Under the pieces are notes generated by a model, which saw only the letters and a program-made list of their open reading frames with translations, ran no database searches and had not been told where the DNA came from. 64,000 nucleotides of DNA from an uncultured Gemmatimonadales bacterium (GTDB lineage Bacteria > Gemmatimonadota > Gemmatimonadetes > Gemmatimonadales > GWC2-71-9). The translations under genes and the position numbers were made by a program. Location of the stretch: assembly GCA_963728915.1 (NCBI GenBank), contig CAVSLV010000004.1:160001-224000 (forward strand), read 5' to 3'. Shown here piece after piece: positions 23,401 to 30,503 of this stretch (positions within the stretch are counted from its first letter, which is position 1; each line of letters starts with the position of its first letter).

Positions 23401-23704
23401 GCTCTCGGCGGACCTTTCCGCGGTGGAGGAGGAGATCTACCAGGTGCGCAATCGCAGCGGCCAGGATCCACTCAACTATCCGATCAAGCTGAACAATCAG
23501 ATCGCGGCCCTCGCCGGGGTGGCGGCCAGCACCGAAGCCCGCCCGACCGCGCAGTCGTACGAAGTGTTCAAGGTCCTTTCTGATCAGCTCGGGACCCAGC
23601 TCCTGCGGCTCCGGGAGCTGCTGGGTTCCCGCCTTGATGCGGTGAACGCCGAGCTCGCGAAGCGCGGGGCGGAGAAAATCGTGCCCGGAACCGACCTGCC
23701 GTGA
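20441..23704 (+). CDS. Secreted BNR/Asp-box repeat (VPS10/sortilin-like) glycosyl hydrolase-like protein
   Basis: Signal peptide; many S/TxDGGxTW Asp-boxes; C-terminal helical region. Confidence 0.85.
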   Translation: MIHPRLTLALLLAPAIPLTVTAQTADSAAFASLVWRNLGPQRGGRSVAAAGSAARPNEYYMGTTGGGVFKTVDGGANWVPVSDKYFGGTIGAIAVSESNPDIVYVGGGEFPIRGNVSHGDGVYKSTDGGKTWTYMGLVETRQISKIRVHPRNPDIVYVAALGQVFGPSPNRGVYKSTDGGKTWARILFRNDTTGAIDLSMDPHDPETLYAGLWTAYRKPWQLVSGGTGSGIFKTTDGGRTWKELTRNPGLPAGIIGNIGLSVSPANPRRVFAIVEADSGGVFRSDDGGDTWIRTSGDRNLRQRAWYYSRIYADPQDENTVYASNVNFQRSRDGGRTWQPLRPPHGDSHDMWIAPNNNQRMIESDDGGSTVTTNGGRSWTEQDFPTAQFYHVVTTTHFPYRVCGAQQDNSTVCMPSRSIDGADLQDFYDVGGGESGYIAVRPDNPDIVFAGSYGGLLTRTDTRTGLSRNVNPWPLNPMGHSAIDLKYRFQWTFPIVISPHDPNVLYAGSNVIHRSTDEGASWTAISPDLTRHDPTTLGPSGGPITKDQTSVEYYATVFTIAESPVEQGVIWSGSDDGLVYVTRDNGAAWTNVTPKDLPEWTRISIIEASPHGKGAAYLAGNRYQLNDYTPYLYKTSDYGQTWTRITNGIAASEFTRVIREDPARAGLLYAGTERGVWVSFDDGGHWQRLQRNLPPVPVHDLTIKDGDLVAATHGRGFWILDDISPLRQYAGGVTDKDAQLFKPRDAYRTAGGFFFFGGAGAGAGSRELGPLTGWDGAVIHYWLKRPGQRLTLEFLDGKGQVIRRFSSELDSIARADSLARAGERASRVAVNRKAADSLAALGVMPAAVQPDSTETSPQAGWRYTPAPRVPNRAGMNRFTWNLRSEDAVGFPGMIYWAGGTAGPVIPPGAYTVRMTVGDQTQIQSFQVLADPRAKASQADLDAQYAFLIQVRDKANEANNAVRTIRNVKTQLDDRRAKGGPVYDRLSRALSADLSAVEEEIYQVRNRSGQDPLNYPIKLNNQIAALAGVAASTEARPTAQSYEVFKVLSDQLGTQLLRLRELLGSRLDAVNAELAKRGAEKIVPGTDLP

Positions 23705-24774
23705 ACCGGGCGATTGGGCTGGGGGTGTTGCTCGCGCTGGGGTGCGGGCCGGGACAGGCGGCGGTCCCGCCCGAGGAGATGCTTCCGTTCGGCTCGGACA
23801 CCATCGCGACGCACTGGGACGATATGCCGATCGCGGCGGCCAGCGCCGATCGCTTCGTGGTGGTTTCGGCGCCCTGGGACTCCGCCGGTCTCACCGCGTT
23901 CGATCACGGCCGGCTGGACCCGCTCGGCGGGATGCGTTCGCGAGCCTACCGGCATCCGTTCCAGGTCTTCTCGTTCCGCGACACCGTCTATCTCGCCGAC
24001 TGGGGAATGCGCCGCTCCACGGTATGGGGCCCGGACGGGAGGCTGCTCGACTCCCTGCCGGCGCCGGAGCGGCTTCGCGGCGCGTACCTCCGGGCTCGTG
24101 ACGCCGCGGGGAATCTCTATTTCCAGATCGAGCCGGTCGCAGGGAGGGACGGAAGCGGCAATCAGGATTCCGCGGCGGTGGTGCGGGCCAACCCAGGCCT
24201 CACCCGGTTCGATACGGTGGCCCGCCTGGCGCCGATCGAGCTGACCCAGGTGCGCCGCGACAACCAGGTCCGTTTCGAGCGTCGGGTGTTCAGCGGCTCC
24301 GATGTCTGGGGAGTCTGGCCCGACGGCACCGTCTGGATCGCCCGGCGGTTCCGGAACCAGCTGGTCACGTTCGATCCCCAGGGGCGGGTGACCCGGGGGC
24401 CCGAGCTTCCCGATCCGGTGTTCGAGATCACCACCGCGGACCGGCGGGAGTATCTCTACAGCTATCCGGAAGACGTCCGTCCCCGGGAGGGCGACGTGGC
24501 CTGGGCGATCATCCATCCGCCGTTCATCGCCGCCTTCGGCGCCCCTGACGGCTCGGTATGGCTCGAGAAGAGCAAACAGGCTGAAGACAGCCTGCGGCGA
24601 ATCCACGTGCTGGGCCGGTCCGGATCGTTACAGCGAGTCCTGGTCCTGAAAGGGCAGGGGCGGCTGCTCGCAGTCGGGGCCGAGAATCTCCTCCTCGCCG
24701 AGCGCGCTCCGGAAGGAATTCGCCTGGTCAGAGTGAGAATTCCCGCGGCGTCACGCGGTTCCCCCGCGCCTTAG
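23701..24774 (+). CDS. Hypothetical lipoprotein, beta-propeller-like
   Basis: Lipobox LALGC; GTGA overlap with the upstream gene; similar layout to the 9112-10269 product. Confidence 0.65.
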   Translation: MNRAIGLGVLLALGCGPGQAAVPPEEMLPFGSDTIATHWDDMPIAAASADRFVVVSAPWDSAGLTAFDHGRLDPLGGMRSRAYRHPFQVFSFRDTVYLADWGMRRSTVWGPDGRLLDSLPAPERLRGAYLRARDAAGNLYFQIEPVAGRDGSGNQDSAAVVRANPGLTRFDTVARLAPIELTQVRRDNQVRFERRVFSGSDVWGVWPDGTVWIARRFRNQLVTFDPQGRVTRGPELPDPVFEITTADRREYLYSYPEDVRPREGDVAWAIIHPPFIAAFGAPDGSVWLEKSKQAEDSLRRIHVLGRSGSLQRVLVLKGQGRLLAVGAENLLLAERAPEGIRLVRVRIPAASRGSPAP

Positions 24775-24816
24775 CATTCCTCAGTTCGGTCGACACGGCA
24801 TCTGCCGGAGGCCCGC

Positions 24817-25518
24817 ATGCGCTGGTTTTCATTGAGGTTGATGTCCGGACTGGTCGTCTCGGCCTTCGAAGCCTTTGGCTCGACCGTCCATGCCCAGGTG
24901 CCCACCGCCCCGACGCGCTACGAAGTCTGTCGCCAGGCGGTGACCCAGCAGGTAGGCAGGCTCGCGACGCAAGTCATGTACTTCAGCGGGGTGATGCGCC
25001 GTGGTCAGATCGACGACCTGGCATACAGCACTGCGTTCGCCGCCTTCCTCCGCGAGAAGTATGGCATCCCGCCGACCATCGGGATGACCCCGGAGTGCGG
25101 GTCCGCGTCCGATGAAGCGTCGGCGCGCAGGGTGATCGACGATACTTGGAAGGACGCGACGGGACGATATCGGTATGTCGATACCGGGTGGACCTACCCA
25201 GCGGGGGCGTCGGCCCCATCACCTACCGCACCGCAAGCCCCGCGATCGTTGTCGAGCGAGATGGTGACCTTCGACTGCGACGAGGCTGGAACCAGGGTCA
25301 CCGTCGCGGTCACGTTCTACTTCGATGACGGAAACCGGACACCGAATCGAGCCACGATCATGATTGACGGCAAGACGATCGACTTGCGAAGGGATAGTGG
25401 CAACGCCAGCGGATGGGGCTTCGGTTCGGCGACAGGGGTGGGTTTCACAAGGATCGGGTCAGGGGGCGGGACATTGGTCCGCGGCTCGAAGCAGAGCAGG
25501 TGCACCGTCCGCAGGTGA
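24817..25518 (+). CDS. Secreted hypothetical protein with possible C-terminal MliC/PliC-like domain
   Basis: GGAGG SD; signal peptide; Pro-rich linker; C-terminal domain bracketed by two Cys, containing NASGWGF. Confidence 0.55.
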   Translation: MRWFSLRLMSGLVVSAFEAFGSTVHAQVPTAPTRYEVCRQAVTQQVGRLATQVMYFSGVMRRGQIDDLAYSTAFAAFLREKYGIPPTIGMTPECGSASDEASARRVIDDTWKDATGRYRYVDTGWTYPAGASAPSPTAPQAPRSLSSEMVTFDCDEAGTRVTVAVTFYFDDGNRTPNRATIMIDGKTIDLRRDSGNASGWGFGSATGVGFTRIGSGGGTLVRGSKQSRCTVRR

Positions 25519-25528
25519 TCGTGACGGA

Positions 25529-26053
25529 TTAGGCGCTGTCCCCCAGCTCGCGCGCCAAACCCTCGAGATATCCCTTTATCGTCGCGGTGGGTGAGAACAA
25601 CACGAGACCGACCGCCCGGAAGATCGGGTTCTTCACGAACCCGGCCTCGGTGATGGTGAGACGGGTGCCACTCCCCTCGGGGGCCAGCTCCCAGGTCCAG
25701 GTCCCGCCGAACGGCTGATCGTCGTCGACCACCCGGACGACCTGGCGGCGAGGCGGGTCCTGGGAAACGACCTCGAAGGTGACTTTGCCCTGCCTGGATC
25801 GCTCCACGAATCTGGCGGGTCCGGGACCGGGCAGCATTTCCACGGCGCTGATCCCTGCCCGCCAACGGGGCGTCCCGCCGAAATCCGAGATCAGACCCCA
25901 GACCCGGTCCGGCGTGGCCTGGAGCGTAACCCGCATGCTCGCCAGGTGGTTTCTGGGAACCAGGCTGCCGACCAGCGCGAGCACCAGTGGGAGACCGATC
26001 AGTACTCCGCCCGCGATCCAGAGCCACCGCATCATCCGTCTCCCCGGTGCCAT
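25529..26053 (-). CDS. SRPBCC (polyketide cyclase/START-like) protein with N-terminal TM
   Basis: ATPDRVWGLISD, FGGTWTWEL, GTRLTITE. Confidence 0.8.
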   Translation of the reverse strand: MAPGRRMMRWLWIAGGVLIGLPLVLALVGSLVPRNHLASMRVTLQATPDRVWGLISDFGGTPRWRAGISAVEMLPGPGPARFVERSRQGKVTFEVVSQDPPRRQVVRVVDDDQPFGGTWTWELAPEGSGTRLTITEAGFVKNPIFRAVGLVLFSPTATIKGYLEGLARELGDSA

Positions 26054-26502
26054 CGTTTGGGTTCCGCCGCGTTGAGGTCCCGGGCCGCCCGGGCGAGGAG
26101 GCCTAACCCGCGCACCGCCGCCCGCCGCGCTTCCCGGGAGAGCCGTGCCAGCAGCAGCCCGACCCGCCCGGAATCCAGGATGCTGCCCGCCTTCATCGCC
26201 GCGGTGCCCTGCGGGGTGAGATAGAGCTCGAGCCGGCGCCGGTCGCCCTTCACTGGTCGTCGCACCAGGTAGCCGAGCCGCTCCAGCCGCGTGACCGCCT
26301 CGGAGACGGTGGAGGGACGGAGGGAGAGGTGGCGGGCCAGATCCCCCGCCCCGATCGGCCGGGTGGGATGCAGGTGCCCCAGGATCCAGCTCTCCCGGGC
26401 TGAGAGACTGGCCGGGTTGGTGCGCCGGCGGGGGTGCTGGATGTGGCAGGCGTGATAGATCTGGGGATAGGCGGCGAGCACGGCACGCACCGGATCGTCC
26501 AT
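26032..26502 (-). CDS. MarR family transcriptional regulator
   Basis: wHTH: DLARHL...STVSEAVTRLERLGYL, DRRRLELYLTPQG. Confidence 0.88.
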   Translation of the reverse strand: MDDPVRAVLAAYPQIYHACHIQHPRRRTNPASLSARESWILGHLHPTRPIGAGDLARHLSLRPSTVSEAVTRLERLGYLVRRPVKGDRRRLELYLTPQGTAAMKAGSILDSGRVGLLLARLSREARRAAVRGLGLLARAARDLNAAEPKRWHRGDG

Positions 26503-26522
26503 GGAGGAAAGCTCCGGGTCAA

Positions 26523-26550
26523 CCGATCGTTCGTCAAATCGAACGATCGG
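26523..26550. promoter_or_regulatory. Putative MarR operator
   Basis: Perfect inverted repeat CCGATCGTTCG-N6-CGAACGATCGG, 20 bp upstream of the marR start. Confidence 0.65.
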
Positions 26551-26584
26551 CCGGTCCGCCCGGCCCGGTCTCGCCCTCACCTTG

Positions 26585-26621
26585 CGCTTCTACAAGGCGG
26601 GCGCTATTTCTTGTAGAAGCG
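26585..26621. promoter_or_regulatory. Putative PadR operator
   Basis: Perfect inverted repeat CGCTTCTACAAG-N13-CTTGTAGAAGCG abutting the padR RBS. Confidence 0.65.
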
Positions 26622-26632
26622 AAAGGGGAACC

Positions 26633-26962
26633 ATGAGCGGCCAACTCGACCTGCCCCAGGGCACCCTCGACCTCCTCATTCTCACGGCGCTTTCCCTCCA
26701 GCCCATGCACGGCTGGGCCATCTCCGAACGGCTCCATCAGATCTCCGAGGCGAGCCTCACCATTCCGCAGGGCTCGCTCTATCCCGCGCTCCACCGGCTC
26801 GAGCGCAAGAGCTGGATCGCGGCCCAGTGGGGCAGCTCCGAGAACAACCGCCGCACCAAGACTTATCACCTGACCCCGCGAGGCCGGAAGCAGCTCGTGA
26901 CCGAGCGGGCCGCCTGGCGGGCCCTGACCCGTACGGTCGATCTCGTGCTCGAGATGCGCTGA
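26633..26962 (+). CDS. PadR family transcriptional regulator (acidobacterial-type)
   Basis: QGTLDLLIL, MHGWAI, QGSLYPALHRLE, SENNRRTKTY. Confidence 0.92.
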   Translation: MSGQLDLPQGTLDLLILTALSLQPMHGWAISERLHQISEASLTIPQGSLYPALHRLERKSWIAAQWGSSENNRRTKTYHLTPRGRKQLVTERAAWRALTRTVDLVLEMR

Positions 26963-26973
26963 GGGAAGGGACC

Positions 26974-29664
26974 ATGGGCCGACTGATGAGCGAGATCCGC
27001 TACCGGCTGCGTGCCCTGTTCCGCCGCCGCGCGGTCGAGGCCGAGCTGGATGACGAGTTGCGGTTTCATCTCCAGCGGGAAATCGAGAAGCGCATGAAGG
27101 CGGGAGCGTCCCGGTCGGAAGCGGAGCGGCTGACCCGGGCCCATTTTGGCGCGGTGGAAGGGACCCGCGACGACGTCCGGGACAGTCGGGGCGTGAGCGT
27201 CCTCGACCACTTCTTTCGCGACCTCCGGTTGGCCGCCCGGTCGCTTCGCCGTCGCCCGGTGCTCGCGGTCGGCGTCGTGCTCACGCTTGGTCTGGGGATC
27301 GGGGTCAACGCCACGATGTTCGGCATCGTTGACCGGCTCCTGTTCCGATCACCTCCGATGATGGAAGATCCAGGCGCGGTCTACCGGGTCTACCGGGCCG
27401 GAGTGAATGATGGGGAGGAGCGGATCGATCGGAATTTCGCGTTTCCGACCTTTCTCGACCTTTCCCGGCTGACTCCTTCCTTCGAGAAGGTGGCGGCGTT
27501 CCAGACCAGACCCCTCGGCGTGGGGGAAGGGCAGGACGTTCTCGAAGTGCCGGTGACGGTGGCGAGCGCTTCCTATTTCACCTTGTTCCGAGCGATTCCG
27601 GTGCGCGGCCGCTTTTTCACCGAAGCCGAGGATGCGGTTCCCCGGGGGGCGCCGGTGGCGGTTCTGGGGTACGAATTCTGGCAAAGCCATTTCGGCGGAG
27701 CCGACGTCATCGGGAAGATCTTTCGGGTCGATCGGATGATCTGCACGATCATCGGGATCGCGCCGCAGGGTTTCGTCGGTATGTCCGACCAGGGAGTCCC
27801 CGCGGTGTATCTCCCGATCACCGCCTACGCCAATGCCGTTCGGGGTTCGCGATATTCTGGGAATTACAACTGGAGCTGGCTCGAGCTGGTGGTGCGCCGT
27901 CGCGAATCCGTCTCCCACGATATGGCCGAGGCGGCGTTGAACAACGGGATGATCCAGAGCTGGCGGAATGCGGAGGCGTTCGACAAGGGCTGGGGGCCCC
28001 CCGAGGAACACCGGATCCGCGGCGTGCTCGGACCGATCCAGCTCGGACGGGGCCCGGACGCGGGGCCGGAAACGAGGACTGCGACCTGGATCGGCGGAGT
28101 CGCCCTGATCGTGCTGCTGATCGCCTGCGCCAACGTGGCCAACCTGCTCCTCTCCCGCGCAGTGGGGCGACGGGGCGAGGTGGCCATGCGAGCCGCGCTG
28201 GGCGCGAGCCGGTCCCGGATTGCCGGACAGGTGCTGGTCGAGAGTCTGCTGCTCGCCTTACTGGGCGGGATCGCCGGGATCGCGCTGGCGCAATGGGGAG
28301 CCTCGGGCTTGCGGGCCTGGTTTCTCCCCGCCGATCTCGATGTGGGGGTCGTGAGCGACACCCGGACCCTGCTCTTCGTGGTCGCGGCCGTTCTGATTGC
28401 GGGTGTGCTGACCGGCCTTGCCCCGGCGCTGGACGCCGCACGAACCATCGCGGCCGGGTCGCTCCGAGTGGACGCCCGGCACGAGCGGAGAGAGCGCGCC
28501 GGGCTTCGGGCCATCCTTCTGGTGCTCCAGCCCGCGTTCTCGATGGTCCTTCTGGTGGGCGCCCTTCTCTTCGTTCGCAGTCTTCGGCACGTCCGCGAGT
28601 ACCGGCTGGGCTACGACGTGAACCCGGTGGCCCTGGTGGGCGCGAGCCTGCGGGGCGCCCAACTCGACGAGGCGGCGCAGCGCGAGCTCACCCAGCGAAT
28701 GCTGGACGCGGCCCGGACCATTCCCGGGGTGCAGTACGTCAGCCTGGCCGCATCGATTCCGTTCTGGAGCAATGAAGGGCGCGGGCTCTACGTGCCGGGG
28801 GTCGACTCGGTGCACCGGCTCGGCCGATTCATCCTGCAAGCGGGGACTCCTGACTACTTCCGCACCATGGGGACCCGCATCATTCGCGGCCGTCCCTTCG
28901 ACGCCACCGACCGGGAAGGCTCACCGCGCGTCGTGGTCGTGAGTGAGGGAATGGCGCGGGCCGTCTGGCCGGACCAGGAGGCGATCGGCAAGTGTTTCCG
29001 GATCGGAAGCGATACGGTGCCGTGCAGCACGGTCATCGGCATCGCGGAGGACGTGCGGATCCGTTCGCTGACCGATGCGCGGGAATTCACCTACTACCTC
29101 CCGGCGGCGCAATATGACGGGAGCTTCGATCCCATCGTTCTGGCGCGAGTCGACGGGAAGGCGACCGATTATATCGCGCCGCTCCGGGCAAGATTGCAGA
29201 GCGAGATGCCCGGAGCGGCCTATGTCACGGTGGCTCCCCTCCAGTCGCTGGTGAACCCGCGCATGCGATCGTGGGAATTCGGAGCGACCCTCTTCGTGGC
29301 GTTCGGGGTGCTGGCGCTGGTGGTCGCCGCGGTCGGGCTCTACAGCATGATGTCCTATGAGGTTGCCCGCCGCACCCGGGAGCTCGGGGTCCGGATCGCC
29401 ATGGGCGCCTCGGTGCCGCGAATCCTGCGCGGTGTGCTGTCGCGGGGAGGCCGGCTGGTGATCGCCGGGATTCTGGTCGGGGGGATCGCGGGATTCCTGA
29501 TCGCGCCCCGGATTCAGGGCCTGCTCTTCCAGCAACCCGCTCGCGATCTCCTGGTGTTTGCGGTGGTCGCGGTCGTGCTCGCACTGGTCGGGATATTGGC
29601 GACCCTGATCCCGGCCTTCCGGGCCACCCGGGTGGATCCGAACATGGCCCTGCGCGCCGAGTAG
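26974..29664 (+). CDS. Duplicated orphan ABC permease (ADOP-like, two MacB/FtsX units)
   Basis: N-terminal ELDDELRFH prefix, LLIACANVANLLL, RTRELGVRIAMGA, RVDPNMALRAE; follows PadR. Confidence 0.9.
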   Translation: MGRLMSEIRYRLRALFRRRAVEAELDDELRFHLQREIEKRMKAGASRSEAERLTRAHFGAVEGTRDDVRDSRGVSVLDHFFRDLRLAARSLRRRPVLAVGVVLTLGLGIGVNATMFGIVDRLLFRSPPMMEDPGAVYRVYRAGVNDGEERIDRNFAFPTFLDLSRLTPSFEKVAAFQTRPLGVGEGQDVLEVPVTVASASYFTLFRAIPVRGRFFTEAEDAVPRGAPVAVLGYEFWQSHFGGADVIGKIFRVDRMICTIIGIAPQGFVGMSDQGVPAVYLPITAYANAVRGSRYSGNYNWSWLELVVRRRESVSHDMAEAALNNGMIQSWRNAEAFDKGWGPPEEHRIRGVLGPIQLGRGPDAGPETRTATWIGGVALIVLLIACANVANLLLSRAVGRRGEVAMRAALGASRSRIAGQVLVESLLLALLGGIAGIALAQWGASGLRAWFLPADLDVGVVSDTRTLLFVVAAVLIAGVLTGLAPALDAARTIAAGSLRVDARHERRERAGLRAILLVLQPAFSMVLLVGALLFVRSLRHVREYRLGYDVNPVALVGASLRGAQLDEAAQRELTQRMLDAARTIPGVQYVSLAASIPFWSNEGRGLYVPGVDSVHRLGRFILQAGTPDYFRTMGTRIIRGRPFDATDREGSPRVVVVSEGMARAVWPDQEAIGKCFRIGSDTVPCSTVIGIAEDVRIRSLTDAREFTYYLPAAQYDGSFDPIVLARVDGKATDYIAPLRARLQSEMPGAAYVTVAPLQSLVNPRMRSWEFGATLFVAFGVLALVVAAVGLYSMMSYEVARRTRELGVRIAMGASVPRILRGVLSRGGRLVIAGILVGGIAGFLIAPRIQGLLFQQPARDLLVFAVVAVVLALVGILATLIPAFRATRVDPNMALRAE

Positions 29665-29667
29665 CCC

Positions 29668-30351
29668 TTACATCACGGTGCCGAAGGTGACCTTTCCCTT
29701 GGGGCAGGCAAGGTGGACTTCCATGCCCGGCTCGCCGCTCGTCGCGGATCCCGCGTAGCCGAGCGCACTGAAGAATCGCTGCAGGGGGGCGGGATCGCGT
29801 TCGCGAACCTCGACCTGCTCCAGCCGGCATCCTCCCGGGGCATTCGCGCTCGGATGCGCGGTTCCCGCCGACCATTCGATCAGAAAGGGCGCGAGGCCCA
29901 GGCCGCCTGCGTCGGCGCCTCCGGTCCTCCATTCCAGCAAGGTGCCGTCGGGTTGTTTCCGCGATCCCGGGGTAGGGCCCACCGTGGTGAACCCGGCCCG
30001 CTTGAGGCTCTCGAGCAACGGTTCGAGCCGGCCCCCGTGGAGCGCCCATCCGGCGACTGAGAGGCCGCGGAACGGAATCACCGCCTCCGGGTTCGGCTCG
30101 GAAGACCTGGGCGCCAGGATTTCCAGATAGCTGCCGTTACCCAGACTCACCAGTGCATTCTGGGTCCGACCGGTCGGATGCTCGCCACCCTTGACCGGCG
30201 TCACCCCGGTCCGCTCGGCGAACTCCGCGATGCCGCGGTCCAGGTTGTTGATGGCGAGGATGATGTGGTCGAGATTGGTGCGCCCGGCGCCCTGGGACCA
30301 GAGCGAACCCGGACCCACCATCAGCGCGGCAAGGAGAGCGAACGATTTCAT
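29668..30351 (-). CDS. VOC/glyoxalase-like domain protein with signal peptide
   Basis: LDHIILA, GGEHP, TQNALVSLG, YLEIL, PFLIEW. Confidence 0.8.
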   Translation of the reverse strand: MKSFALLAALMVGPGSLWSQGAGRTNLDHIILAINNLDRGIAEFAERTGVTPVKGGEHPTGRTQNALVSLGNGSYLEILAPRSSEPNPEAVIPFRGLSVAGWALHGGRLEPLLESLKRAGFTTVGPTPGSRKQPDGTLLEWRTGGADAGGLGLAPFLIEWSAGTAHPSANAPGGCRLEQVEVRERDPAPLQRFFSALGYAGSATSGEPGMEVHLACPKGKVTFGTVM

Positions 30352-30503
30352 GGGAAGAAGCTAGGAGCCGGGGCAGGCTCGCGCCACCTCTCCGGCAGAG
30401 CATCGTGATTCGTTCCGGACCCGTCTAGGGCCGCTTGCCATACTGGGCGGCGTATTTCTCGTACGCCGTCTGCGCCGCGGGGCAATCTCCCCGAAAGGGC
30501 CGA

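Noticed and set aside
30425..30500. Minus-strand fragment FRGDCPAAQTAYEKYAAQYGKRP-stop as a gene remnant
   Set aside because: Too short, no start, no recognisable family; the region also forms a hairpin (GGCGGCGTA/TACGCCGTC) that could simply be a terminator
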